From positions 32,001-96,000 of the forward strand of contig CAXXFL010000002.1 in the NCBI GenBank assembly GCA_963674965.2: DNA of 64,000 nucleotides, written 5' to 3'. Shown in pieces: positions 11,101 through 21,011 of this stretch. How positions within the stretch are numbered: the first letter of the stretch is position 1; every line of letters starts with the position of its first letter. The stretch comes from a bacterium (GTDB taxonomy: Bacteria; RBG-13-61-14; DATKZS01). A model generated the notes under the pieces. That model worked only from the letters and a program-made list of their open reading frames with translations. It had not been told where the DNA came from and searched no databases. Made by a program: the position numbers and the translations under genes.

Positions 11101-11196
11101 AAAAGTAAACATTTAATAAAAGCAATTGAAGAGATGAGGCCAACAAGCTCTCAATCCCATGTCAGTGATTGGATGCCAACAGAAAGTGCTCTTTAA
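8110..11196 (+). CDS. ATP-dependent DNA ligase-like domain fused to a C-terminal CDC48-like AAA+ ATPase
   Basis: Ligase motifs PKIDGE, VAGELY, FAAFDL, AEGIVLR and LKIKP, plus an OB-fold (WVRPKIVVEV). AAA motifs GPPGTGKT, pore loop SKWFGES, IILFDE and TNRPNDIDPALRRPGRFDR. Confidence 0.85.
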   Translation: MIVDPSRWKPFGQGRIAPPGSIVNTVLAARLAAYKRNVASSYRSVSPDNILQTIPPGSHILSPKIDGECWFLYAWDGEVDLLSPSGRAITGIPITHKAAENLGDQRMLVAGELYAESNSGRSHIHDIMSALKTGEHADPDRLRFAAFDLIQDNDKDAQAWSFPQRVGRLQEIFDTGDKIHIADFKTADSPHAVAHAFEQTVTQGGAEGIVLRLENGGILKIKPEITIDAAVVGYAESQGRVHELLLALVLNDNRFMLIGRVSIGMSAVEKMDLHERFSEMSCQSSFRKVTDQGVLYRWVRPKIVVEVKCNDIIKSDSKDRPVRRMLLDYSEDGWSPVGTTNSISMINAVFLRMRHDKSVSVAEAGMRQVTDHVHLEETKQPQLDPAEALRREVYTKEGKSGITVRKVVTWKTNKHGADDLYPPYVAFFTDYSAARKEPLKTSLRIASTLEKIDKIADQWLAENIKRDWNCVSRDLTDQSNIIHQEVTQDNSATSSKQFSLPKTVEKNVTISFARSASPSFPIARKRLKSLSDSGALMIETDDKDREVWYSLTIGSGNLVELARRISNLTRMVRGWKSAEFCISREPVKPIDFGAFINRLEEVDRCRRKKIREASESCANNCRLGCDQLFIKPVKQSLDSYQSRQLWWTVGNFDGRMLKIDKRKLKRQASASRNELYRLCPNYDSKAVAQNIDCLPEVITAEAEGWKIIYRREDGSPAWLWPVKHPLPFGFSDARRVGVADAKGAMEHGQPHAAPLRNISTVSYLDVRGQDEAVEAVRDMVELPITHADLFAQVGVSGAGGGIILAGPPGTGKTLLARAVAGESKAHIEIVAGPELLSKWFGESERRLRAVFKRARELQPSIILFDELDGIAGTRNGDSSQRTFVAQLLTLLDGIESRGQVFVIATTNRPNDIDPALRRPGRFDRVVNMDLPNKSGRKSLFEHHTRNMKISQDIDFTQLATITPSLSGAQIAFICRRAGVLCIKEAIIEGPFKQSMSVKSKHLIKAIEEMRPTSSQSHVSDWMPTESAL

Positions 11197-11477
11197 TGTT
11201 AGGACCGTTGACTCTCCTGACGGCGGATAATCTCCGTAAAGCGAGATACTATCTCGGCCGTGATATGTTTGGGATTAGATTTTCTTATGGTCTGAGCGAT
11301 CATCTCAGCGCTTTTTCCGGGGATTCCTCCTGCTTTGTGAAGCTCGACTATAAGCTGAAGGCCCCATAGGAGAGGGACTCCTTCTTGCTTGCAAAGTTTT
11401 CGAAGGTTCCCTCTGTGCCAACGTAGATGAGACACTTCCCCTATGTTAAATTACTGTAGGGCGGGGGAGGTATTAGG

Positions 11478-12017
11478 ATGTATAGAGAGATGGATGAAGA
11501 CAGGAAGAAGGCAGGGATTGTTGGGGAGACGGAGGGAGCCCGTAGGGCGACCGGAGTCTCCCCAACCGGGACGGCCGAGCCGGAGGACACTCCTGCCAAG
11601 CGGCCCGAGCGGGTGGGGGCGCCGATCATTCTTCCCGAGCCGGAGGTCCCGGAAAAGCCCGCCCGGCGGCGCTTCACCGCGGCTTACAAGCTCGCAATCC
11701 TCGGGAAGGCCGACGCCTGCTCGGGGCATGGCGAGGTCGGCGCCCTGCTGCGCCGGGAGGGCCTTTATTCGTCGCACCTGACGGCCTGGCGCAAGCAGCG
11801 GGACGAGGGGGCCTTGAAAGCGCTTTCGCCCGTAAAGCGGGGCCGCAAGCCCAAGGCCAAAAACCCGCTGGCCGATGAAGTGGCCCGCCTCGAGCGCGAG
11901 AACGGGAAGCTCCAAAAGCGGCTCGAACAGGCCGAGATGATAATCGACTTCCAAAAAAAAGTTGCCGATCTGCTGGGGATACCCCTGGCCAAGCCGCCCG
12001 GCGAAGAGAGCGAATGA
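11478..12017 (+). CDS. IS3-family transposase OrfA
   Basis: Protein identical to 3688-4227. Confidence 0.85.
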   Translation: MYREMDEDRKKAGIVGETEGARRATGVSPTGTAEPEDTPAKRPERVGAPIILPEPEVPEKPARRRFTAAYKLAILGKADACSGHGEVGALLRREGLYSSHLTAWRKQRDEGALKALSPVKRGRKPKAKNPLADEVARLERENGKLQKRLEQAEMIIDFQKKVADLLGIPLAKPPGEESE

Positions 12018-13030
12018 TGGAATCGGCAAGCACGGCCGCTCCCCGGGTCGGCGCCAAGGCCGCCTGCGAGGCCCTGGGCCTGTCGCGAGCAACGTTTAAT
12101 CGTCGCGCTAAAATTCCCTTCGGGCCTCCGCCGCCGAGGCGCGCGGCCAAGCCGGCAAGGTCGTTGAGCGAGGACGAGCGGCGCCGGGTGCTGGACGAAC
12201 TCCACTCCGAGCGCTTTGCCGACAAGGCCCCCCGCGAGGTCTGGGCAACGCTCCTGGACGAGGGGACATGGCTGTGCTCGGTCCGCACCATGTACCGCGT
12301 CCTCGACTCGGAAAAGGAAGTCCGGGAGCGGCGCAACCAACTCCGGCGTCCCCGATACAAAAAACCCGAGTTGCTGGCCGAGGCCCCCAACCAGGTCTGG
12401 TCCTGGGACGTCACCAAACTCAAGGGACCGGCCAAATGGACCTGCTACCAACTCTACGTGATCATGGACATCTTCAGCCGCTGCGTGGTGGGATGGATGA
12501 TCGCCGGACGCGAAAGCGCGGAGCTGGCCCGCCGCCTGATCGGGGACAGCATCCGAAAACAGGGGATCGAGCCGGGACAACTCACCATCCACGCCGACCG
12601 GGGGAGTTCGATGAAATCAAAGCCGGTGGCCTTCTTGATGGCCGACCTGGGCGTGACCAAGAGCCACTCGCGGCCCCACGTGTCCGACGACAACCCCTAC
12701 TCGGAAAGCCAGTTCAAGACCATGAAGTACCGGCCCGAGTTCCCGAGCCGGTTCGGCTCCATCGAGGACGCCAGGGCCTTTTGCGTGAAGTTTTTCGATT
12801 GGTACAACCGCGAGCATCGGCACACCGGGATCGGCCTGATGACGCCCGAGATGGTCCATTACGGAATGGCGAGCGAGATCGTGGCCGCCAGGCAAAAAAC
12901 GCTCGACCACGCCTATGAAAAAAAACCGGAGCGCTTCGTGAAAAGACCGCCGACGGCGCCGGAGTTGCCCGGCAAAGCGTGGATCAACCCACCGGCGAAA
13001 CCGGAGGAAATAAACAGTTTGCCACACTAA
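12014..13030 (+). CDS. IS3-family DDE transposase OrfB
   Basis: Protein identical to 4224-5240. Confidence 0.92.
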   Translation: MMESASTAAPRVGAKAACEALGLSRATFNRRAKIPFGPPPPRRAAKPARSLSEDERRRVLDELHSERFADKAPREVWATLLDEGTWLCSVRTMYRVLDSEKEVRERRNQLRRPRYKKPELLAEAPNQVWSWDVTKLKGPAKWTCYQLYVIMDIFSRCVVGWMIAGRESAELARRLIGDSIRKQGIEPGQLTIHADRGSSMKSKPVAFLMADLGVTKSHSRPHVSDDNPYSESQFKTMKYRPEFPSRFGSIEDARAFCVKFFDWYNREHRHTGIGLMTPEMVHYGMASEIVAARQKTLDHAYEKKPERFVKRPPTAPELPGKAWINPPAKPEEINSLPH

Positions 13031-13387
13031 ATTCAGGAAAGGCGTGTCTCATTTTGCTTGACACATTCCGGTTTTTATCGTTGGTCACACAGGTGAAGCC
13101 ATGCCGTTTTGCCGCTAGGAGACATAGTCGGTCCTGAAACGATGTCGGTCCGGGTTGAGTGGCTGCGGCAAAGGCATCCTCGATTTCGGGCTCAATGATA
13201 ATAAGACCAAGCTCGACAAGTTCGTTTTCGTCATCTATCTGGTTGACTTCGTCTACTACAGGGCTGGCCACATGGAGTGGTCCCACGTATTTCACAACAA
13301 GTTGAAGAATAGCTCGGTCCGCATTGATGAAATCAATGAGGACACAAGCATCCATGATCATCAATTGGGGATTTCGTTGGCGCTTCG

Positions 13388-14500
13388 TCAAAGAACAGCC
13401 TCCCAATTATCGAGGAGATCCCGCATCTCCTCAATACCAATGTGAAGCATTTCCGCGCCACGACTGATAGAAATTTTGTCCTTTTCAAGGGCCTTTCTGA
13501 CAAGACGACTGAAGCGGTCCTCGTAAAAATCGAATCGCTGTAATCCATATGGCTCAGCGGAGTCAATGGCCATTGGTTCTTCCTTAAAGGCGAGTTTTCG
13601 ATTGAATCGTTTCTGATAGGCAACATTGAATTTCATCCAGATGGACTTGTCCGCGACTTCGTGTTCAATGAGTCGAGCCAAAACGGTTTTATAGCTGACA
13701 CGGAAAATTCGTTTGACTTTAAAGACCCTGTCTACGAAGTGCAATCCCGATGCATCATTCCATTCTTTGAGAAATCCCTTGTCCGGCATTATGAAATGTC
13801 CGGCAAAAAAATCAGCCTCTTGCTCCTCTTTTTTGTTTTCCTCAGTTTGAGAAACATCATAGGCGTCAGGATGCAGCATGAGATGACCGAGTTCGTGGGC
13901 TGCGCTAAAGATCCGCCTCTCAACGGTAATCCTTTCCCAAACGTTTACTGCTATGGCAGGGCCTCCGTCCTTTTCTCCCACTGATAATCCGAAAAAACCA
14001 TCAGAAGCCATGGGAACAGACCGCACTTTTATACCTGCATGTTCGAGCAATCCGCAGATATCGTATAATGGCTCGTCATCCCAGAGTTCCAATTTCTTCC
14101 GGCAAAGCTCGGCGGAACGGACGATATTCTCATTGGAGCAGCGCACCCTGACCTTCTTTAGCTCAAAAGGAATTCTCTCGCCGAGAGTTCCCTCTAGGTA
14201 ATTGAAATCCTCTAGCCATCTGGACACCTCTGCCAGGATATTTTCACGGTACTGTACCTTCCGGGTAGAGCGAAACCTTACGGTCTGCAAATCCCTTACC
14301 GGCAAAAAGAGTTCCCGGAGATTAACATCAAGCGCTTTAGCGATTGCTTGAATGGTCTTCATCCGAGGTTCGTTTTTGGCAAGTTCCATGTTCTTGACTG
14401 CGGGCAGGGATATACCTGCTGCTTCAGCCAATGCCTTTTGGCTGAAGCGCTTTGCAGTCCTAAACCGCCTCACGTTTTTAGCGAGTATCTGCAAGTTCAT
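13388..14500 (-). CDS. XRE-family HTH fused to an ImmA/IrrE metallopeptidase
   Basis: N-terminal HTH (SQKALAEAAGIS...NMELAKNEP), HELGH zinc motif and EQEADFFAG; SD GGAG precedes the ATG at 14500. Confidence 0.9.
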   Translation of the reverse strand: MNLQILAKNVRRFRTAKRFSQKALAEAAGISLPAVKNMELAKNEPRMKTIQAIAKALDVNLRELFLPVRDLQTVRFRSTRKVQYRENILAEVSRWLEDFNYLEGTLGERIPFELKKVRVRCSNENIVRSAELCRKKLELWDDEPLYDICGLLEHAGIKVRSVPMASDGFFGLSVGEKDGGPAIAVNVWERITVERRIFSAAHELGHLMLHPDAYDVSQTEENKKEEQEADFFAGHFIMPDKGFLKEWNDASGLHFVDRVFKVKRIFRVSYKTVLARLIEHEVADKSIWMKFNVAYQKRFNRKLAFKEEPMAIDSAEPYGLQRFDFYEDRFSRLVRKALEKDKISISRGAEMLHIGIEEMRDLLDNWEAVL

Positions 14501-14528
14501 AGCAATCTCCTTTCCCGACCACATCCCT

Positions 14529-14564
14529 AATATACCACTTATCAGATATTTGTCAAGTAATATC
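14529..14564 (-). promoter_or_regulatory. Sigma70-type promoter of the XRE-ImmA/PIN operon with a candidate operator
   Basis: Minus strand TTGACA (14556-14551), 16 nt, TATATT (14534-14529) with an extended -10 TG. The inverted repeat GATATT-N8-AATATC (14545-14564) straddles the -35 box. Confidence 0.6.
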
Positions 14565-14851
14565 TTTTAGGCATGGAAAATCACGCCTACAATTTCGACT
14601 TGACTTCGAAAAGGGCACCTAATTTAACCACTTGAGAAATAGTGTTAAGTTGATTTCACTGCAGAACAGACAGTCTTCTTGCTTTTTCCATTGTTAAATC
14701 AGTTAGATATTGCACACGGGATTTATAGAGCATGCTTTATGGAGGTCTCATTTGCGGAGCCAGATCTTCACCCACGTGGGGGGGGGAATAGCAAAAAGAT
14801 AAAGTGACGCGCTGATTGCAATGGCCAACCGCCAGGATTTATCTCGCTCTT

Positions 14852-17716
14852 TCATTCCCGCTTATCGCCGTCCAGCACCTCGCGAATCTTTCTGGCCAGC
14901 GTCTGGGATGTGAAGGGCTTCTGGAGGAAGTTGGTCCCGGGGTCGAGCACCCCGTGGTGGACGATGGCGTTGTCGGTGTAACCGGAGACGTAGATGATTT
15001 TCATCTCCGGGCATGACTTGGAAAGCCTTCCGACCAGTTCCTTGCCGCTCATGCCGGGCATGACCACGTCGGTGACGATGAGATGTATCTTGCCCGAGTA
15101 GGCGGCGCATATTTTTATCGCCTGCTCTCCATTGGCGGCCTCGATCACCTTATATCCAAGTTTAAGCAGTATCCGGCTCGCGACCTTGCGGACGTAGCCG
15201 TCGTCCTCGACGAGGAGTATGGTTTCGGACCCGCGCCACGATTCCGCCCCGTCCCTCTCCCGTTTTTTCAGTTTCTCGGCCTCGTCTTCGACCCGGGGCA
15301 GATATATCTTGAAGGCCGTCCCCTCCCCGGGTTCGCTGTACACCCAGATATAGCCCCCGCTTTGCTTGACGATCCCGTAAACGGTGGACAGGCCAAGGCC
15401 CGTGCCCTTGCCCCTCTCCTTGGTGGTGAAGAAGGGCTCGAAGATGTGAATCCGGGTTTGCTCGTCTATGCCCGTGCCCGAGTCGCTAACCGCTATCATC
15501 ACGTATTGTCCCGGCGTAACGGACGCGTGCCTTTTGGCGTATTCCCGGCTCAGCTCGACGTTGGCGGTCTCGATGGCGAGTTTCCCGCCTCCGGGCATGG
15601 CGTCCCGAGCGTTGACCGCCAGGTTGGCCAGAATCTGCTCTATCTGTCCCACGTCGGCCTTGACGTTTCCCAGGTCGGGGGCCAGGAACTTTGTTAACTC
15701 GACGTCCTCCCCGATCACGCGGAAGAGCATCTTTTCCATGCTCGCGACCACGTCGTTTAAATTGAAGACCCGCGTTTGCAGCGCCTGCCGCCTTCCGAAA
15801 GCCAGGAGCTGCCGGGTCAGGTCGGCGCAGCGGTTGGCCGCTTCCTGAATATCCTCCATGTCCTCGCGTATCGGGTCCCGATCGTTTAGTTCATTGAGCA
15901 GGGCCGCGGTGATCATTATTATCGGGGTCAGGGCGTTGTTGAAGTCGTGGGCCACGCCCCCGGCCAGCCGGCCGATGGCCTCCATCTTCATGGCCTGGTT
16001 AAGCTGTTCCTCGAGCCGCCGCTCCCTGGTGATGTCCCGCACGACGGCCACGACCTTGTCGTTTCCCGCCTTGACCAGCCTGGCCTCGAAGATATGGTCC
16101 TCGCCGCCGACTTTCAAATGGTAGTTGTATACCTGCAACTCGCCCGTCTCGAGGGCCCGATCGACCATGCTCATGTGCCGCTCGGGCAGGTCGCCTTGGA
16201 ACACGTCCACGATTTTCTTGCCCAGAAACTCGGAAGGTGGCACGAGGAGTTCTCCCAATGGGGAATCCTTGTAGTCGAGGAAAGTGTAATCCTTGTCCAA
16301 AAGGAACATAATGTCGGGGTTCGCCTCGAGCATGGCCCGGTTGCGGGCCTCGCTTTCCCTAAGGGCCTCTTCACTCCGGGCCCGCCGGAGCGCGATCGCG
16401 GCCATGTCGCCAAAGGCTCGGGCCACCTCCGCGTCGTATTCGTTGAAGTCCTCCGGCTTGTTGGCCAGGCCGATGACCCCCACCACCTTGTCCCCTATCA
16501 CCAGGGGAGCGAACATTACGTTCTTCAACTCGACGTGGCCGGAGGGCATTAACTCGACGTGTTCTCCCTTCATGAAGTCGTTGTCGTAGACGACTTTTCC
16601 CGTCGAGTAGGACTCGGCGCGCAATCCGCGGACGGGCATGGGAAGGCTCGGGGCGACATTGCAGGGCATGCCGCCCGCCTCCAGAAAAAGAACCTCGTTC
16701 TCGGAGCCGTCCTCGCTGAGAAGGGCCACGTAGCCCGAGACCGCCCCGGTTACCAGGCGGCAGGCGTCGAAAATCCTTCGCGCCGAGGCCTGAAAGCTTT
16801 GGAATTCCAGGACCGCTCGGGCCGCGTCGAACAATCCTCTAGATTCGGCCTCCCGCCGGCGGGTTTCGGACAGGGACTCTTTTAATAGCCGTTCGGATAA
16901 CTTCTGCTCGGTAATGTCCAAATTAACCCCGGTCATCCTCACGGCGGCTCCTTGGCCGTCGCGCTCGATCACGCAATACCCCTTGATCGAGCGGACCGAT
17001 CCGTCGGGCCGAATCACTCGGAACTCATTGTCGGAATTCCGGTCGTTTTGGAGGGCCTTACAAGCGACTTCATCGCTTTTTGCCCGATCTTCCGGATGGA
17101 TCATCTCAAGCCAGGCCTCATACGTCCCGGGGAAGTCCTCGCGCCGTACGCCGTAAAGCTCGTACATCCGGTCGTCCCAGATCATCTCATTCTTTTTTAC
17201 GTCCCAGTCCCAGATCCCGAGCTTTGCCGCCTTGGTGGCCAGATCGAGTCTTTCCAGCAGCGTGGCTACCCGCCGGTCGGCGTTCCTTCTCTCGCGCCTT
17301 ATCTTGGCCTCACGAAGCTCGCGCTCGACGGCCGGACAAAGACGCTTCAAGTTGCCCTTGACGAAATAATCGCTGGCGCCGGCCTTCATGGCCTCGACGG
17401 CCGTGTCCTCGCCGATGGTCCCGGAGACGATTATGCATGGAACGTCAAGCTCGCTTTCGTTCAAGATTTTCAGACCCTTGATCGCGTCGAACTGGGGCAT
17501 GGTGAAGTCCGAGAGGATGACGTCCCAGGCCCCATTCCCGAGAGCGGCCTTCAAGTCGGCCGCCGTTTGCACGCGGACGGAGTGAACGTCGTACCCCCCG
17601 CGGATCAACTCTCTTTTGATTTGCAAATAGTCGTCCTCGTTGTCCTCGAGGACAAGGACTCGAAGCGGCAATCCCATCGGCCCCTCCATGCATATCCGCT
17701 GCGGACTTCGCGGCAT
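14852..17716 (-). CDS. Hybrid sensor histidine kinase/response regulator (REC-PAS-GAF-PAS-HisKA-HATPase-REC)
   Basis: VLVLEDN...DVILSD, GGVAHDFNN, FEPFFTTK...GTGLGL and a C-terminal ILLVEDD receiver; the true start may be a few codons downstream. Confidence 0.92.
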   Translation of the reverse strand: MPRSPQRICMEGPMGLPLRVLVLEDNEDDYLQIKRELIRGGYDVHSVRVQTAADLKAALGNGAWDVILSDFTMPQFDAIKGLKILNESELDVPCIIVSGTIGEDTAVEAMKAGASDYFVKGNLKRLCPAVERELREAKIRRERRNADRRVATLLERLDLATKAAKLGIWDWDVKKNEMIWDDRMYELYGVRREDFPGTYEAWLEMIHPEDRAKSDEVACKALQNDRNSDNEFRVIRPDGSVRSIKGYCVIERDGQGAAVRMTGVNLDITEQKLSERLLKESLSETRRREAESRGLFDAARAVLEFQSFQASARRIFDACRLVTGAVSGYVALLSEDGSENEVLFLEAGGMPCNVAPSLPMPVRGLRAESYSTGKVVYDNDFMKGEHVELMPSGHVELKNVMFAPLVIGDKVVGVIGLANKPEDFNEYDAEVARAFGDMAAIALRRARSEEALRESEARNRAMLEANPDIMFLLDKDYTFLDYKDSPLGELLVPPSEFLGKKIVDVFQGDLPERHMSMVDRALETGELQVYNYHLKVGGEDHIFEARLVKAGNDKVVAVVRDITRERRLEEQLNQAMKMEAIGRLAGGVAHDFNNALTPIIMITAALLNELNDRDPIREDMEDIQEAANRCADLTRQLLAFGRRQALQTRVFNLNDVVASMEKMLFRVIGEDVELTKFLAPDLGNVKADVGQIEQILANLAVNARDAMPGGGKLAIETANVELSREYAKRHASVTPGQYVMIAVSDSGTGIDEQTRIHIFEPFFTTKERGKGTGLGLSTVYGIVKQSGGYIWVYSEPGEGTAFKIYLPRVEDEAEKLKKRERDGAESWRGSETILLVEDDGYVRKVASRILLKLGYKVIEAANGEQAIKICAAYSGKIHLIVTDVVMPGMSGKELVGRLSKSCPEMKIIYVSGYTDNAIVHHGVLDPGTNFLQKPFTSQTLARKIREVLDGDKRE

Positions 17717-17760
17717 TAAACCGTCGCTGAAATCCTCGACTCGCGTCAGTGTTTTCGAGC

Positions 17761-18204
17761 TTACTTCGGCGGCGACTGGTTAAGGAGCAGCCAATAAAGC
17801 CCTAGTTGGCCCACGGCCTCGCTGAACTGGCTGAACTCGACGGGCTTTCTCACATAGGAGTTGGCCCCCAGCTTGTAACCGTTGACCATGTCGGCCTCCT
17901 CGTCGGATGAAGTAAGGATGACCACCGGCAAGAGACGGGTGCGCTCGTCCTTTCTGATATGATCGAGTACCTCGAGACCGTCTATCTTGGGCATCTTTAG
18001 ATCGAGCAGCACCACCTGGGGCATATCATCCACGTCGCGCCCTTCATAGGTCCCCCTCCCGAATATATAATCCAGGGCCTCGGACCCGTCATGGGCGACC
18101 ACCACCTCGTTGGCCACGTTGCTCTTCTTGAGCGCCCTTTTGGTCAGTTCCACGTCGTCCGGGTTGTCCTCCACCAAAAGAATCACCTTTTCCTTGCAAA
18201 CCAT
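17761..18204 (-). CDS. Single-domain response regulator
   Basis: [17 protein letters not shown] and GANSYVRKP. Confidence 0.92.
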   Translation of the reverse strand: MVCKEKVILLVEDNPDDVELTKRALKKSNVANEVVVAHDGSEALDYIFGRGTYEGRDVDDMPQVVLLDLKMPKIDGLEVLDHIRKDERTRLLPVVILTSSDEEADMVNGYKLGANSYVRKPVEFSQFSEAVGQLGLYWLLLNQSPPK

Positions 18205-18267
18205 AATATTGCCTCCTTATTTTCGTGCATCTCCCATCGCTTGATTTTTCTAAACGCCGGGTTCCCT

Positions 18268-20031
18268 TCACGAGTCCAGCGTGAAATAAAAGGTCGCTCC
18301 CTTTTCCGGCTCGGACTCGGCCCAGATTCGGCCGCCGTGGCGGTGGATCACGCGGGCCACCGTGGCCAGACCGATGCCGGTGCCGGGAAAATCATGGGTG
18401 GTGTGAAGCCGCTGGAACGCCCCGAACAGCTTGTCCGCGTACTGCATGTCGAAACCCACACCATTGTCCCTTACGTAATAAACCATGCCGTCGTCCGAGT
18501 CCGGATCGGCCGCGCCCTTTTCCCGCTCCGGACCCAGCGCGCCCACCTCGATGCGGGCGTTGGGGTTATTGCCGGTGAACTTGAAGGCGTTGCCCAGCAG
18601 GTTATCCATGGCCACCTCTAAAAGTTTCTTGTCCGCGCAAACGACCAGGCCGTCCTGAATGACGAAGTCCACCATCCGGTCCGGCTCTCTTTTTCTCAGT
18701 TCCTGGGCCGAGGCCCGGGCCAGGTTGCTTAGTCCCACCTCCTCCGGTTTCATCTCCGTCCGAGTGATGCGGGAAAGCTTGAGCAGGTCCTCGATGAGCT
18801 GGCCCATGCGCTGGGCCGCGAGGCTTACCCGGTCCAGGTAGTTTTGCGCGTCCCCGTCAAGCTTGTCGTGATAGTCCTCCATCAGGGCCTGGCAAAAGCC
18901 GTGGATGGTACGAAGCGGGGCCCTGAGGTCGTGCGAGACCGAATAGGCGAAGCTTTCCAGTTCCCTGTTGGACGCCTCGAGTTCGATATTGGCCTTTCGG
19001 ATTTTTTCCTCCTGCCGCTTGCTGAACAGGGCCTCGATAAAGGCGACGGCCAAGTCCTCGACGGCCCGAGCGTCCATTTCCTCGTAGCCGCCCTCCTTGT
19101 TGGCCAGAGCGATTACGCCCAGGGTCTTTCCGCCGCGTTTAAGCGGCACGCCGAGAAAACCGGTCAGTTCCGGATGGCCCTCCGGTACCCCGACCCGGGC
19201 GGGATGCGAGGAGGGCGAGTTGATAATAAAGGATGATTCCGTCTTTATAACCTCTCCCCATATGCCACTTACTTCCATGTCCCGTATGGCGGCCAACGCT
19301 TCCGAGCCGGGTATCTTGCAGGCGTCCCATCCCGGGTCGCTCAAGGCGAAGGTGTCGAAGGTCCCCCGCTCGTTGACTTCGCCAATGAAGCCGAAGCGGC
19401 TGCCCGTGAGTTCCTCGGCCACGGCCAGACACGCCCGGCCCAAGTCCTCGTCGTTCTCGCTCGTTAGCGCCTCCTGGAAAACCCGGTTGATGCCGTCCAT
19501 GATCCGGTTGCGCCGCGAGATATACTCCTCGTTAAGCTTGCGCTCGGTGATATCCATGGCCACGCCGATGACCCCGACTACCTCCCCGGCGGCGTTGACG
19601 TAGGGGATTTTACTGGTACTGACCCAGCGCTGGTCCTCATCGGTGGTCCACTTTTCCTCGAAATTCAGCTTCGGGAGCCGGCTTTTTATAACTTCCAGGT
19701 CATCGTCAAAATAGGCCTGGGCCTGCTCGCGAGGATATATATCGAAGCAGTCCTTGCCCTCGAGGTCCTTTTTTTCCATCTTGTGCGCTTCGGCCACGTA
19801 TTTGTTCACCCGCAAATACTTGTTATGGGCGTCCTTGTAAAACACCAATCCCGGGATGGCGTCGATGATGATCTCCAGTTCGTCAGCCATCCGCCGAAGC
19901 TCCAGGGATCCGGATTGACCTCCATCGCCAGGCGGGCCGGCCGCGGCTTGGGCTTTTAGCCTATCGTTTTCCTCGCGAAGCCCGATCAATTCCTCGATGA
20001 GCTGTTTTTTCGTTTTTCTTTCGTCTTTCAT
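18268..20031 (-). CDS. PAS-GAF sensor histidine kinase
   Basis: FAYSVSHDLRAPLR H-box, NLLGNAFKF, DNGVGF and GTGIGLA. Confidence 0.92.
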   Translation of the reverse strand: MKDERKTKKQLIEELIGLREENDRLKAQAAAGPPGDGGQSGSLELRRMADELEIIIDAIPGLVFYKDAHNKYLRVNKYVAEAHKMEKKDLEGKDCFDIYPREQAQAYFDDDLEVIKSRLPKLNFEEKWTTDEDQRWVSTSKIPYVNAAGEVVGVIGVAMDITERKLNEEYISRRNRIMDGINRVFQEALTSENDEDLGRACLAVAEELTGSRFGFIGEVNERGTFDTFALSDPGWDACKIPGSEALAAIRDMEVSGIWGEVIKTESSFIINSPSSHPARVGVPEGHPELTGFLGVPLKRGGKTLGVIALANKEGGYEEMDARAVEDLAVAFIEALFSKRQEEKIRKANIELEASNRELESFAYSVSHDLRAPLRTIHGFCQALMEDYHDKLDGDAQNYLDRVSLAAQRMGQLIEDLLKLSRITRTEMKPEEVGLSNLARASAQELRKREPDRMVDFVIQDGLVVCADKKLLEVAMDNLLGNAFKFTGNNPNARIEVGALGPEREKGAADPDSDDGMVYYVRDNGVGFDMQYADKLFGAFQRLHTTHDFPGTGIGLATVARVIHRHGGRIWAESEPEKGATFYFTLDS

Positions 20032-21011
20032 CTCAGGCGCGCCTCCGCGTGGCCGCTCGCGGTTTCATGAACGTTGGCGGCCAAAGCGATATTATTGATT
20101 TGAAATCAGTATTTAATGAGGGCATAGGGAAAAAGGGCCGCGCGCGAGTCGCTGGTCCCATCGCGTCGGGAACCTCGCGCCTTGCAAGCTCCAGGGCTTT
20201 TTCCCCGACAAGTACAAGGAAGGCCGGATAAAGTTTGTTAATTCTAATTCGTGGAAGGGTCTTTGACAACTCAAATGTATGTTCGATCGCAAGCAAGCGG
20301 GCTCTCCAATGATGCAGTCAATCAGTTAACGCCCCGCCGACGATTTGGCGCGCTCTTCGGATGGCGTTATAAAAGGCCGGCCTTTATCGCGAGGACCTTT
20401 CCTCTGGGCCGGGCCCCATATGAGCCGCGACATACGATGAGATTTTCCCGCTTCATGTTCTTGTATAATTTTCAATCAGCGGTCATGGTTCCTCGGCTGG
20501 AGCGGAATTCCATACTGATGGGGGAATCGGGACCCGTGTTTTGCTTGCTTCACTGCAATTTAAATATGTCGCAATAAAGTGAAGATAGCTTACAGGCGAT
20601 CGTTTGTAAAGATCGATGATCGTTTTTTGCAAATATTTTCTTTTCTTATAATGGCGCCGCCAAGGCACTTAGGCCAATTCCCTGCTTACCATCAGCGACA
20701 ATGACGGGCGCGGCAATAATAGCGTATTCCATCTCCCTGGATGCAGTAAATCGGCCCCATATACATCGCTTCCCTTTTTGGCTCGGAAATTGAACGGATT
20801 TGAAACGAATATACAAACCGTTTTATCAAGGAAAGGAGGCCTGGGAAATCACAAGTTAAATCGGCCATATTGCAGGATTGGCGAAGATTTTGGCTTGTCG
20901 TTTTTCCCTAATTGGAAATTCGGTTCTCAAATTTGGCAATTTATTCAGGACGAGGAAAGAGGGCGCGTTCCAGCTTGATGCTTGGCGACGCGCGAACCGG
21001 GCGGGAATATT

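Larger units (their letters stand above)
11409..13070 (+). mobile_element. IS3-family insertion sequence, copy 2
   Basis: Same sequence as copy 1; target duplication GTT at 11406-11408 and 13071-13073. Confidence 0.93.
11199..13391 (-). pseudogene. PIN-domain protein interrupted by IS copy 2
   Basis: DACVLIDF...SFQDRLCL...TNDKN|LRKLCKQEGV rejoins in frame when the IS and one GTT are removed; the TTG start overlaps the stop of the upstream XRE gene. Confidence 0.8.

Noticed and set aside
20258-20271. GGTCTTTGACAACT, boxA-like or a -35 box, in the divergent intergenic region
   Set aside because: Single occurrence with no matching -10 at proper spacing and no supporting context.
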